A DNA stretch of 62,975 nucleotides, counting the filler, from Octopus bimaculoides (taxonomy: Eukaryota): NCBI RefSeq assembly GCF_001194135.2. It is 6 parts of 5 records of this genome, joined end to end, with 100 filler letters (N's around TTAATTAATTAA, not from the genome) between each part and the next. Parts side by side here need not be neighbours in the genome. Positions count along the whole stretch, not along the records: positions 1 to 26,599 come from NC_068982.1; positions 26,700 to 48,301 come from NC_068995.1; 4 more parts are not named here. The stretch is one strand, 5' to 3'. Below are positions 25,955 to 36,960 of the stretch, in pieces. Made by a program: the position numbers and the translations under genes. Each line of letters starts with the position of its first letter. Positions within the stretch are counted from its first letter, which is position 1. The notes under the pieces are model-generated. The model searched no databases and had not been told where the DNA came from. It saw only the letters and a program-made list of their open reading frames with translations.

Positions 25955-26599
25955 GGTGGATGAATGCACACCCAAATAGCTATTTTTTGGTGAGCTTGAA
26001 TAGGAGAAAAGCTATTGGTGTAAACCTAAAAAGAGGTTTAAGGACGGCATAAGGACTATCATGAAATCACTTGCAATGGATCCAGAGGGCATAGAAATCC
26101 TTGCTTCGGATCGAGCTGGATGGCGAACAAAAGTGTGGAGTGAAAGCGTTTGAAGAGGCCAGGATAACGCATGCAATACTGAAGAGAGATTTAAAGAAGA
26201 ATATTATGATCGAGAAGGTGAATCACAAACACCGTTTTGTGTGCACAGCTTGTGACAGATCATGCCTCTCTTTTGCTGGGTTCAAATCTCATTTGCGGAC
26301 CTATGAAAAACGAACCTCCACCAACTAATCTGCCTATATGTCTATACACACCTTTCAATGCCATGTTTGCCATAAGGTCTGCAAATCTAACTGAGGCCTC
26401 AAAAGACATTTTAAAATCCACAAAGATCAGAACTTAACTGCAGCTCTTGGTGGTCCAAATCGGATATGCAATCTACGTGGGTGTCTTTTCAATAAGTCTT
26501 TCTTGTTTAAAAAGCCACACCAGACGCTATGATGGACCTAAGGTGCAGGTACAGGAGATGGTCAGACTCTGCATAATGAGTAGACAACCCCCATGTGTG
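25955..26599 (+). mobile_element. RTE (BovB-like) LINE 3' portion with three C2H2 zinc-finger motifs
   Basis: PK*LFFGELE..KPKKRFKDGI..IEILASDRAGWR..AFEEARI..KR, then CTAC-x12-HLRT(Y), CHVC-x12-HFKIH and a degenerate third finger (CNL..SCLKSHTRR(Y)). Stops and frameshifts present. Confidence 0.8.
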
Positions 26600-26699
26600 N
26601 NNNNNNNNNNNNNNNNNNNNNNNNNNNNNNNNNNNNNNNNNNNTTAATTAATTAANNNNNNNNNNNNNNNNNNNNNNNNNNNNNNNNNNNNNNNNNNNN
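26600..26699. other. Artificial scaffold-join spacer
   Basis: 44 N + TTAATTAATTAA (26644-26655, stop codons in all six frames) + 44 N = exactly 100 bp. Confidence 0.95.
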
Positions 26700-26851
26700 T
26701 TCTCCCTTCCCCATTTTCACACTACATACTTCAAGATCACCAGCATTCTATCTCCCACACACAGCCCCTCGTTCTTCGATCACCGTTTGTTATCTCCCCC
26801 TTTTCTTAGCTCTCCTGAAAAAAGAATTACTAACTTCCGGTCAGCCATTAT

Positions 26852-27046
26852 TATGATTGACCGTTGACTGAACACTATTCAATTTTTTTTCTCCGTGTTT
26901 TTCTCCTTGTCTCCGTATTCTTTCTGTTGAAGAGCGTAGCTCGAAACGTCAAAGACTTTCCGTATTCCCGAGCGTCATACTAATACATCCTTTCGTTATT
27001 TACACCACCCGTCCTCGCCTGTTGTTGTTTTTTCGTATATTCTCCC
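26852..27046 (+). mobile_element. Repeat family D (Penelope pLTR-like) with hammerhead-like motif
   Basis: Nearly identical to the reverse complement of 50146-50331; motif at 26919-26955. Confidence 0.65.
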
Positions 27047-27109
27047 ATATATATATATATATTCACACACACACACACACATGTATATGTCTGTGTGTGT
27101 GTATGAATC

Positions 27110-27610
27110 ATGAATGTATTGTTTCTAAAATAAGTATTGGATGGAGGAACTTTAGAGAGCTATTACCTCTTTTGGCAACAGAAGGACTCCGTCAGAATGA
27201 ATGCACTATATGACTGTGTGCAAACAGCTGTACTCCGTGTTAGTGAGACATGGTCTCTGAATGCAGAAGACATGCATAAACTGGAGAGAAACAAAGGTAG
27301 TGTACTCCATTGCATGTGCTACATCAGTGCATATGTATGGCTCAGTGCAAATGTATGGAGAGAATGGCTGAGCATAAGAGGAATCAGATGTGGCATGCAA
27401 GAGAGAAGACTGCGTTGGTTTGGACATGTGTTGCATATATGAATGAGAACAACTGCATAAAGAAGTACTGGTCAATGAAAGTGGTTGATGCCTGTGGAAG
27501 AGGGACACCCAGGAAAACGTAAGATGAAGTGGTAAGGAGCGGTCTCAGGATAATGGGCCTCACATAGGAAATGACAGTGGGCCGTGATGTCTGGCGAGAT
27601 GAATTCCAAG
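27110..27610 (+). mobile_element. RTE-clade LINE fragment (post-RT region)
   Basis: GWRNFRELLPLL..SETWSL..RLRWFGHV..GRGTPRKT..DVWR across frameshifts. Confidence 0.78.
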
Positions 27611-28534
27611 AGAAGACTCACCCACGACTGCAAAACTGAAGCTCTGTGTGTCCAACCCACACTTAGCAACAAAACTTCTCACACACTCGACCACAGCAAA
27701 CCAAACTACATCTCTACATATCTTCTCTTCCTTGACATTTCCGTTTCATGTACTATGCTTACCTGTTGGCCCTGTGCCACTGTATCATTGCTCTCCCTTA
27801 GCCCCCAACCTGTGTGTTCCACCCACATGCCTTACTGTATTGCTCTCTGCTAGCCCCCGACCTGTGTGTTCCAGCCATACGTAGCAATAAATCTTTTCAC
27901 TCACCCTACCGCAACAAAACAATCTACACCTCCACCTCTCTTCTCTTCCTCACATTTATACATTATGCCTAGTTCTCACTCCCCAATCCTGTCTTCACAG
28001 CCCTGCTTCTCTGTATCATTGCTATCTAGTAGCCCCCCCCCCTGGTTTTTGCCACTCCCGCTTTCCTTCACTCTTTAATCAGACTTCCTTCGCAATATTA
28101 TGGCGTTTCAAACCTCAAGGATATGCCCTAGGACTTGCCATGATGTATATCCCTCTGTTCCTTTAGTCAGCCATCCCATTTATATTCTGATCCCTGTAAC
28201 ATGTGAGTGCGCCTGGCATTTTCCCACCATCTCTATCCTGCTGTCGCCCCTCCCCCTTCTGCACTTCCCTCAGGTTGGGTAACCATGTATTCCTTTTTGG
28301 TAGCACACCTTTTTGTGTCTTCATTCCTGATCTCTCTCTCTCTCTCTCTCTCTCATCTGGGTAACCCTGTACTTCCTCTACAGCAAGACACCTGTTTCTG
28401 TCTCCCTGTCTCACTATAACGTTTCATCATCCGACACAAGATCACCTCCTCCAATGCCCCCTCCACTCTTGAAAGTCTTTGTTTTTGTGTTTTCTTTTTT
28501 GCTTTGTGAGTGCTTGGTGACCATGCCAGTACAG

Positions 28535-28800
28535 TTGCTACTTAAAAGCACCCAGTGCATACTGGTAAGTGGTTGGTGATCAGCTGTAAAAACCTTGCCA
28601 GGACTGACATCCCTGTGCTTATGCCACATTAAAGAGGCACTAAGTCCACTCTGCTGACTGGTTGCCATTAGGAAGCTGTAAAAATCCTGCCAAAACAGTC
28701 ACAATAGTCTGGTGCAGGCTTCTGCCTGGCCAGCACTTGAGAAACCATCCCACCCATGCTAGCATAGATGGCGGACGTTAGACGATGATGATGATGATGT
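28535..28800 (+). mobile_element. RTE-associated 3' UTR or SINE family C with (GAT)n tail
   Basis: gttgccattaggaag..cccatgctagcatagatggcggacgttagacgatgatgatg; similar to 28960-29113. Confidence 0.7.
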
Positions 28801-28959
28801 TTATATATGTATGTATGTGTGTGTGTGTTGGTGGTGGTGTGTGTGTGTATATATGTATGTATATTTATACATGTATTTATATATATGCATATATATACAT
28901 ACATATATATATGTATATATATATATATATGTATATATATATACATACATATATATATG

Positions 28960-29113
28960 TAGTGGTTGGCGTTAGGAAGGGCATCCAGCTGTAGAAACTC
29001 TGCCAAATTAGATTGGAGCCTGGTGTTGCCATCCGGTTTCACCAGTCCTCAGTCAAATCGTCCAACCCATGCTAGCATGGAAAGCGGACGTTAAACGATG
29101 ATGATGATGATGA
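28960..29113 (+). mobile_element. Family C 3' tail
   Basis: gtggttggcgttaggaagggcatccagctgtagaaac..ccatgctagcatggaaagcggacgttaaacgatgatgatg. Confidence 0.75.
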
Positions 29114-29187
29114 TATATATATACATATAGATAGATAAAACTTAATTTGAAGAGGATGCATAGTGTTGAATCATGTATTATTTATAT

Positions 29188-29240
<53 letters not shown>

Positions 29241-30236
29241 CTATATATGTAGATATATATATCTATAAAAGTGATATTGTCTGCAAAAATTTGAAATAGG
29301 ACATACAAAAAATCAGTATTCAAAGTNNNNNNNNNNNNNNNNNNNNNNNNNNNNNNNNNNNNNNNNNNNNNNNNNNNNNNNNNNNNNNNNNNNNNNNNNN
29401 NNNNNNNNNNNNNNNNNNNNNNNNNNNNNNNNNNNNNNNNNNNNNNNNNNNNNNNNNNNNNNNNNNNNNNNNNNNNNNNNNNNNNNNNNNNNNNNNNNNN
29501 NNNNNNNNNNNNNNNNNNNNNNNNNNNNNNNNNNNNNNNNNNNNNNNNNNNNNNNNNNNNNNNNNNNNNNNNNNNNNNNNNNNNNNNNNNNNNNNNNNNN
29601 NNNNNNNNNNNNNNNNNNNNNNNNNNNNNNNNNNNNNNNNNNNNNNNNNNNNNNNNNNNNNNNNNNNNNNNNNNNNNNNNNNNNNNNNNNNNNNNNNNNN
29701 NNNNNNNNNNNNNNNNNNNNNNNNNNNNNNNNNNNNNNNNNNNNNNNNNNNNNNNNNNNNNNNNNNNNNNNNNNNNNNNNNNNNNNNNNNNNNNNNNNNN
29801 NNNNNNNNNNNNNNNNNNNNNNNNNNNNNNNNNNNNNNNNNNNNNNNNNNNNNNNNNNNNNNNNNNNNNNNNNNNNNNNNNNNNNNNNNNNNNNNNNNNN
29901 NNNNNNNNNNNNNNNNNNNNNNNNNNNNNNNNNNNNNNNNNNNNNNNNNNNNNNNNNNNNNNNNNNNNNNNNNNNNNNNNNNNNNNNNNNNNNNNNNNNN
30001 NNNNNNNNNNNNNNNNNNNNNNNNNNNNNNNNNNNNNNNNNNNNNNNNNNNNNNNNNNNNNNNNNNNNNNNNNNNNNNNNNNNNNNNNNNNNNNNNNNNN
30101 NNNNNNNNNNNNNNNNNNNNNNNNNNNNNNNNNNNNNNNNNNNNNNNNNNNNNNNNNNNNNNNNNNNNNNNNNNNNNNNNNNNNNNNNNNNNNNNNNNNN
30201 NNNNNNNNNNNNNNNNNNNNNNNNNNNNNNNNNNNN

Positions 30237-31558
30237 ACTATAGTTAGATTCACTAAAAACCACAAAATGTACCTCCACCATTTCTTCCCAGGTCGACCAA
30301 CTGGGTAATATGCACGATATTGGTCGGATTTATCAACCCCACCCATATATTTGTTATAACAAATATTCACGAGCGGTTTCCCGTCAGCACCAACACCAGG
30401 TTGTTCATTAGAAGACAGAAATAAAATCTGTCTTTTGTCTTTGAAAGCAGTAACTAAAATATTTTCTTTACGCATCTGTAGAACATCTCCTCTATTTTTT
30501 AATTTTGTTTTCATTTCACAGGGTAAACCTTTACGGTTTCCCATAACAGTACTACACATGTACGTACTTACACTCGCAAGATTTTCCGCCAAAGTCACTG
30601 ACGAAAAAAAACGGTCGAAATAGAAGTGTCGGTGCTAATGGTGAAATGGTTCAGTAAGGGACCACACTACATCATGTCCCAATCCATGCGGTCGGTTTCC
30701 ATTATACTTTTTACCTGTGTTAACATCGAAGTTTACACAGTATCCAGTCTCTGATTCACAAACTTCCCATACCTTGATCCCCCATTTAGTAGGTTTGGCA
30801 GGCATGTACTGCCGAAAATGTACTCTGCCCTTATAGCCTATCATGGCTTCATCTACACTGAGATTTTTCCCAGGTACATACACAGTTCTATAATTATTAA
30901 CAAGTAAATCGATTATAGGATGTACTTTGTACAGGGGATCGTAGTTTGGGTCGTTTTTGTTGGGGTCATTTACAGAATCAGTCAAATGCAAATACTGAGA
31001 TATTTTTGAATACCTCGTCTTGGACATAATACTTGAGATATACGGATCACCATACCTTACATCGGGACTCCAATAGTTCTACAGTCGAGGAAGCTGTTTC
31101 ACACCAAACATAATGTTGATTGTGAAAAATGCTCTCATTTCCGCAGTAGTTGTTGGCTGCCATAGTGGATCGTTCCTTCCACGAACAGTAATTAAATGTT
31201 GCGCATATTTGTTAGTTTCCTCGGCAACATTTTCAAAGAAACTTTCAGGTAGAAATTTTAAAAAATAGTCTAATGGTTGAGCATCAGGAGGTAAATTATG
31301 TTGTGGACCAGTGTTTTCTGTAAAATCAGAAATAGTGGTCGGTGTTACGATTTTTGACCATGTTGTCATGTTTACACTATCATTTTCATCACTTTCATTT
31401 TCTTCACTTTCGTTATTAAACTCTTCCTCATCCAACGAAAAATCACTAATATCGATATCAGATTCATCCAAAGACAAAATACTTTTGTTTTCATTGATAT
31501 TTTCAATATCATCAATAGTAAAGCCTTCAAAATCGGAATCGCTACTGGCTGACGCCAT
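30237..31558 (-). pseudogene. piggyBac (PGBD4-like, DDE_Tnp_1_7) transposase with two in-frame TAG stops
   Basis: One frame from ATG 31558 links ORFs 31079..31582, 30635..31027 and the start of 29171..30598. Acidic N-terminus, SVDEAM, YMPAKPTKWGIK, FDRFFSS, YNKYMGGVDKSDQ, KKWW. Stops at 31079-31081 and 30635-30637. Confidence 0.92.
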
Positions 31559-31820
31559 TTTTTTCACAACCAAGATAACCACTTCTCTTCAAATGTTGAA
31601 AAAACCATGTGGTCTAAAAAATTTCACAGTATTTATACTTGAATAAAGGCGGGAAAGGCTTCATCTCGCATTATCTCAAAGCTACGAGAATTCAATAACG
31701 TAATTTGTTTATTTTTTTAGCGAATTCGTAGAGCCATCGGATACGGCCGGATATGGCCGGTTTGAACAAATAAAGGGGAATTAATTTTGGCCGGTTACGG
31801 CCGGTTTGAACACTAAAGGG
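30237..31820 (-). mobile_element. piggyBac transposon (5' end intact, 3' part runs into a sequence gap)
   Basis: TTAA at 31821-31824 abuts the terminus CCCTTTAG (minus strand). The subterminal repeat GGCCGGTTTGAACA occurs at 31755 and 31799. The transposase follows. Confidence 0.92.
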
Positions 31821-32134
31821 TTAAAAAAGATATTGTACAGGTACTATGGGTTATTTCCCTTGGGTGTTTAAAAAATTAGTTATATGAGGTAGATATAAAG
31901 GTCCCTTCCAGGGGCTGTATTATCAATTTTTTTAACAATCTAAGTATGTCACAAAGTTTCCAGACATGAGTTCTACTCATGTGTCAAGTTTTGTCAAAAT
32001 CAATAAAACGATGTAGGAGGAGTTAGCTAACAACGTCACAAACAAACACACACCGATTTTCCACATATGTAGTAGATACATGTCTTATATATACATACAC
32101 ATATACATACACACACTTTTGTATGTGTATATAC

Positions 32135-32187
<53 letters not shown>

Positions 32188-32413
32188 NNNNNNNNNNNNN
32201 NNNNNNNNNNNNNNNNNNNNNNNNNNNNNNNNNNNNNNNNNNNNNNNNNNNNNNNNNNNNNNNNNNNNNNNNNNNNNNNNNNNNNNNNNNNNNNNNNNNN
32301 NNNNNNNNNNNNNNNNNNNNNNNNNNNNNNNNNNNNNNNNNNNNNNNNNNNNNNNNNNNNNNNNNNNNNNNNNNNNNNNNNNNNNNNNNNNNNNNNNNNN
32401 NNNNNNNNNNNNN

Positions 32414-32454
<41 letters not shown>

Positions 32455-32459
<5 letters not shown>

Positions 32460-33325
32460 GAAATAAGATAATTTATTTTCAAATTCAGATGCACCATTAG
32501 AACAGTAGAAATATTGGGTAAATTACCTTTACAAAGCAGAAACTATTGTCAACATGGGACTCGAACCCACATCCCTTGAATACCCCAGCCAAATGCTTTA
32601 GTATTAACCATTTTGCATTTAGACTGGTCATAGTCTACCTGCATTATTTCCAGATTGGCCAAATCCAACCTCTCTCACTTACCCTACAATATTATTCTCA
32701 TAAACAATCGCATCATGGAAATTTGAAATCTAAGGGTAATACATGATTAATTCAAAACAATGTGAATAAATAAGCATTACATTTGACAGAGTAATCTGAA
32801 TGCTAAAGGGTTAAGCTAAACTGCCAGCTGACAAATCAATCTTCTTTTTTAGATGCTACAAAGCTAACTCTACAATTATATTCATATAAATCTAAACAAA
32901 TCAACATTTTTTTTTTGTTATAAACAACGAAATGTATGTTGTAAGATACAAATAAGATGGTAATTTATTTACGAATGCAGAGGCGCCATTAGAACAGCAG
33001 AAATATTGGGTAAATTACATTTACAAATGGAAAAATTTGTCAACAAACAGCAATGGGACTCAAGCTCACATCCTTAGAAGACTCCGGCTAAGTGCTTTAC
33101 CATTAAGCTAAACTGCCAGGTGACAAATTAATCCACCTGTTTAGACATTATAAAGATAAATCTACAACTATGTGTATATAAGTATAAACAAACTAGCATT
33201 TGTATTTATTTTGTCTATAAGTTCCGTTATGTGTATTGTAAGATACAAATAAGATGATAATTTATTTTCGAGCACAGAGACGCCATTAGAACAGCAGAAA
33301 TATTGGGTGATTTACTCTTACAAGT
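32455..33325 (-). repeat. Tandem array (~2.3 units of ~300 bp) containing a tRNA-like Pol III promoter
   Basis: Shared segment taatttattt..ccattagaacag.agaaatattgggt at ~32470, ~32960 and ~33260. The minus strand carries A-box TAGCTTAATGG (unit 2) and B-box GGTTCGAGTCC (unit 1). Confidence 0.7.
32608..32810. mobile_element. piggyBac-type MITE (203 bp)
   Basis: TTAA at 32604-32607 and 32811-32814; imperfect TIRs CCATTTTGCATTTAGA and CCCTTTAGCATTCAGA. Removing it restores the neighbouring repeat unit (..cattaagctaaactgccag). Confidence 0.85.
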
Positions 33326-33717
33326 GCTTGAATTTGTACAGTGTGAAAGAAGTAAATGTGAGTTTGTATGTAATTATATTAAGGCAACTGAAAAATATGA
33401 CTGCTGGAGGATAGTGAGAGCAAGTACATATATAATTTTGATAAAACTGCATTTTTCTGAAAGCTTATGCTTGCTTGAAGTTTTATTTCTGTTCATGTGT
33501 GATAGATTTGATCCATTGCCTAGTTACTATCACTTCCTGGCCTCAACCAGATTTCACTTTGTTGCAAGTATTGAGACCAACTCCCTGGTCCGAGGAGAAG
33601 TAATGAGTTATAGTTTCTTCCACCTCCTCTGATTTGTGCATTTATACTTGTGTCTATATGTGTTTATGTATAATATTTCCATGATGCATAAAATTATTTG
33701 TATACTTTTCTTTGTAG

Positions 33718-33849
33718 CTTGCATATCTATATGGAGATGATAGACTTGGTTTGGAATATGCATTAGAATATTGGTACCCTGCTGAATCTATTCAAACTGA
33801 AAGTCATTTTGGACCTGGGACCTTACGTCATCGTCCGACTCAGCGTCAG
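33718..33849 (+). CDS. NUP205: Nucleoporin NUP205, internal coding exon (132 nt, phase 0/0)
   Basis: Acceptor tttctttgtAG at 33716-33717 and donor GTaata at 33850. Translates LAYLYGDDRLGLEYALEYWYPAESIQTESHFGPGTLRHRPTQRQ, matching my recollection of vertebrate NUP205 (..LELALEYWCP..HQRPPQRQ). Not in the ORF track because it is a spliced exon. Confidence 0.88.
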
Positions 33850-34524
33850 GTAATATTTTCTATATCTTCTTGGTAGTATAACTTTAAAAAACCTGATTTT
33901 TAACTTGTTTGATTATCATATTTAGCATGTTTAACAATACTACTAAAGCATCATTTAGTTTAGGTACATGGTGAAAAAGCAATGTGACATGCTGAGGTAT
34001 CAGGCAAAGTTTTCATAATATCAGATAATTTAGTTACACGATTTAGTATATCCTTACACATATTACCTAGACTAACGAAATTTGTCGATAATTATAATAA
34101 GGTAGACCGTTAATCCTTTTACTGATTTTAACAGTTGAATTACTCAAAATGGTAGGAGAAAGTAACTGGAGTCTTTGTGGATATACTGTATAGTCTCATT
34201 AAAATTTTCACAGGAGTTATAAGTACCGGAAACTAATTTAAGGGTAATGTTTAACAAATTAACTCTACAAACATAAGTACTTAAAGTGTTTTTAAGGTCA
34301 CGGCTTTTGGAAGAAGGTTTAACTAAGTCTTTCCTGAGGTTGTTGAGTTGGTTGCCATTTCTATTACAGGATAAAATTAATTTGATATCTCTGTATCAAT
34401 CTAACTCTATAGAATGCAGTGCTTATTGTTCCCATGCACCTGTTACACCCATATCTCAACTGTTTATTTTCTTTCTTTGTCTGTTGTGATCCTATTACAT
34501 CTTGTGCATCCATAATTTACATCG

Positions 34525-34660
34525 GGTACTATCATCATTATCATTACTATTGCTTTAATGTTTACTTTTCCATGCTTGCATGAGTTGGACAGCTTTTTGA
34601 GTCAGACTTTTTATAGCCAGATGTGTTTCCCGTTATGAACTTTCACCTGTTTCCAAGTAA
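34525..34660 (-). mobile_element. Family C tail, antisense in NUP205 intron
   Basis: catcat..tttaatgtttacttttccatgcttgcatgagttggac..ttttatagccagatgt is the reverse complement of the family C tail. Confidence 0.55.
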
Positions 34661-35607
34661 GGTAGTATTTCTCCATGACCAGGCATGTTCTCACAGAGTA
34701 TTGAAAATGAATGACACTGATTGTGTGACAGAACCAATCATTTACAACTATCATACAATGTCAAGAGCTTCTTTTGGTTTCTGTACACCAAATCCACTCA
34801 TAAGATTTTGGTCCGCCTGAAGTTATAGTAGAACCTACTTACCCATGGTACCATGGAGTGTGATGAGACTGAACCTGAAACCATGTAGTTGGAAGCAAAC
34901 TTCTTAACCACACAGCCACACCTGCTCTCTAGAATTCTTACCTACTCCTTTTCTGCACATCAAGCATGGCCATTTCCCTGATAGTAGCAGGGTTTTGATT
35001 TCTCTCCTACTTCTAAAAGTTTAGCTTTTTTTTTTAATTGTGAACATTTGTTTCAGGAATTTCCCCTCCAAATCTTTAGCAGATTTGACTGTAAGAACTG
35101 TCTATACTGATTGTGGCTGTTCAAAGGTTGTGGACTTGGATGTTTTGACAGGAGCTGGCCTGCCGGAGAGCTTTAACAAGCTTCAGTTGTCTGTTTTTAT
35201 ATGATTTCTATGGCTGAATGCCCCTCCTAAAGCTACCCACTTTACAAAGTGTACTGGGTGTCTTTTATGTGACACTGGCATGGGTAATTTTTACATGGTA
35301 CCAGCTCTCACAAGCCTGTGGGGAGCATAGCCATAAAAGTCATGCCTCTGTGTGTGTGTGTGTGTAAATATGTACATACATACATATTACATATGTGCAC
35401 ACTCAAGTGAACATATGTATTTATATCTATGGATGTACATAGGAGGGAAAGAAAAGCAAGATGATTTTTGATTATTGGTGGCAGAGGGGTAGCTAGGAAG
35501 AGTAACAGGGTTGAGATAGAGTGACATTGCTCTCTCTCTCTCTCTCTCTGAAGATGGGAAATATTGAGACCAATGATACCTCTTTGGTCAAACTATTATC
35601 ATCATCA

Positions 35608-35678
<71 letters not shown>

Positions 35679-36189
35679 GCATACCATCAAATCTATGTTA
35701 TTGGCTTCTATTGCATCTCATTTTACCAATATACATATCATTTGCTCTTGCATCAGTTGTCTCTCTGTCACTTACCCCTCCATTACTCATCACTGTTTAT
35801 CCTGGATTTCCCTTGTCTACCACCCTTATCTCTATTGCCCATGCCTCTATTACCTATGCCTCTTTCACTCTTGCTCCTATACTCATCTGTCAATAGTTCC
35901 TCTTCTCAGTTTCACTGTGCTATGCTGCTGTTATGACTATGAATGAAAGTGAATGACTTTTGTTCACCATCATTTCTTGCAGTGTAACTAGGGATACCAT
36001 TTATCCTTTCATCAACACTACTCTTTTTTTTTTTACTTGTTTTAGTCATTAGACTCTGGCTATCCTAGCACACTGCATTGAAGGATTTAGCCAAAAGGTT
36101 GTAGAAAACAAACAAAAATTCAATTTGTTCTATCTAGGGTCAACAACAATGACCCAACCAGTCCATGCTAGTATGAAAAGCAAACAGAT

Positions 36190-36960
36190 GTCATCTGTTT
36201 ACAAATGTCTTTGATTGCCACTTCCTCTTTTCCTTTGACAATTTCTGTCAGGATGGTCTTGGGCAATGACTTGTTGCCCATTTTCTGTCCAAAATATACC
36301 TTTGTGGACTTGATTCTTGCCAATAGGTGTCTTTGAACTTTCAGCTATTCTAGCTCTGCTGTGTTTGCTACCCTGTCTTTCCAATTCAGTCTGCTCAACC
36401 TGCAAACAACCCACATCTCCAAGTTATCTATCTCTTTCCCCATTGCTCTGTACATTGTCCAAGTTTCTGTCCCATAGAGCAAATTGAATTTTTGCTAGCC
36501 CTAATGTTAGGTGTAGTATTAAGTCTTCTGAAGTGAAGATATTTTTTTCATTCTTATATATGTTGTTTTAGCCTTGTTTTTTGAGTAATTTTTTCTACAC
36601 AGTGACCTTTCTGATTTATTATTTGCTTCCTTTTGTTCTGTCACACAAATAACCATTTTGTTTTTCACATTCTTATATAGACCTTTCTTGTCACTTTGCT
36701 CTTTTACAACATCAGCTATTTCTTGTAGCTTTTCAATAAGTCTGCATGATTGGCATATCTTATATTGTCTATATTTATGCCATGGGTTGTGAATCCTTTG
36801 ATTTCAGTTGACTCTCTGAATATACACTCTGTGTAGATATCAAAAAAGAATGATGATAATACACATCTTTGTCTTACTCTTTTGATCTCTGCTAGTTCTG
36901 AAAATTCTTGATTTATTATGATGATTGCCTGTTGGTTACGGTATAACACACACATGATTC
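36190..36960 (-). mobile_element. Decayed RTE LINE fragment (RT and C-terminus)
   Basis: IKRVRQRCVLSS.FFDIYTECIFRE..GINIDNIRYA (YADD-like), then LNWKDRVAN..LLARIKSTKVYFG..GKRGSG. Confidence 0.6.

Noticed and set aside
26644-26655. TTAATTAATTAA as a biological motif (piggyBac target or homeodomain site)
   Set aside because: It always sits at the exact centre of a 100-bp N spacer, so it is synthetic.
27880-28420. Possible CR1/L2 ORF1 esterase remnant on the minus strand
   Set aside because: Motif similarity is too weak to support by eye.
32455-33325. CRISPR-like or other prokaryotic repeat-spacer array
   Set aside because: Units are long, diverged and lack unique spacers; the context is eukaryotic and there are no cas-like ORFs.
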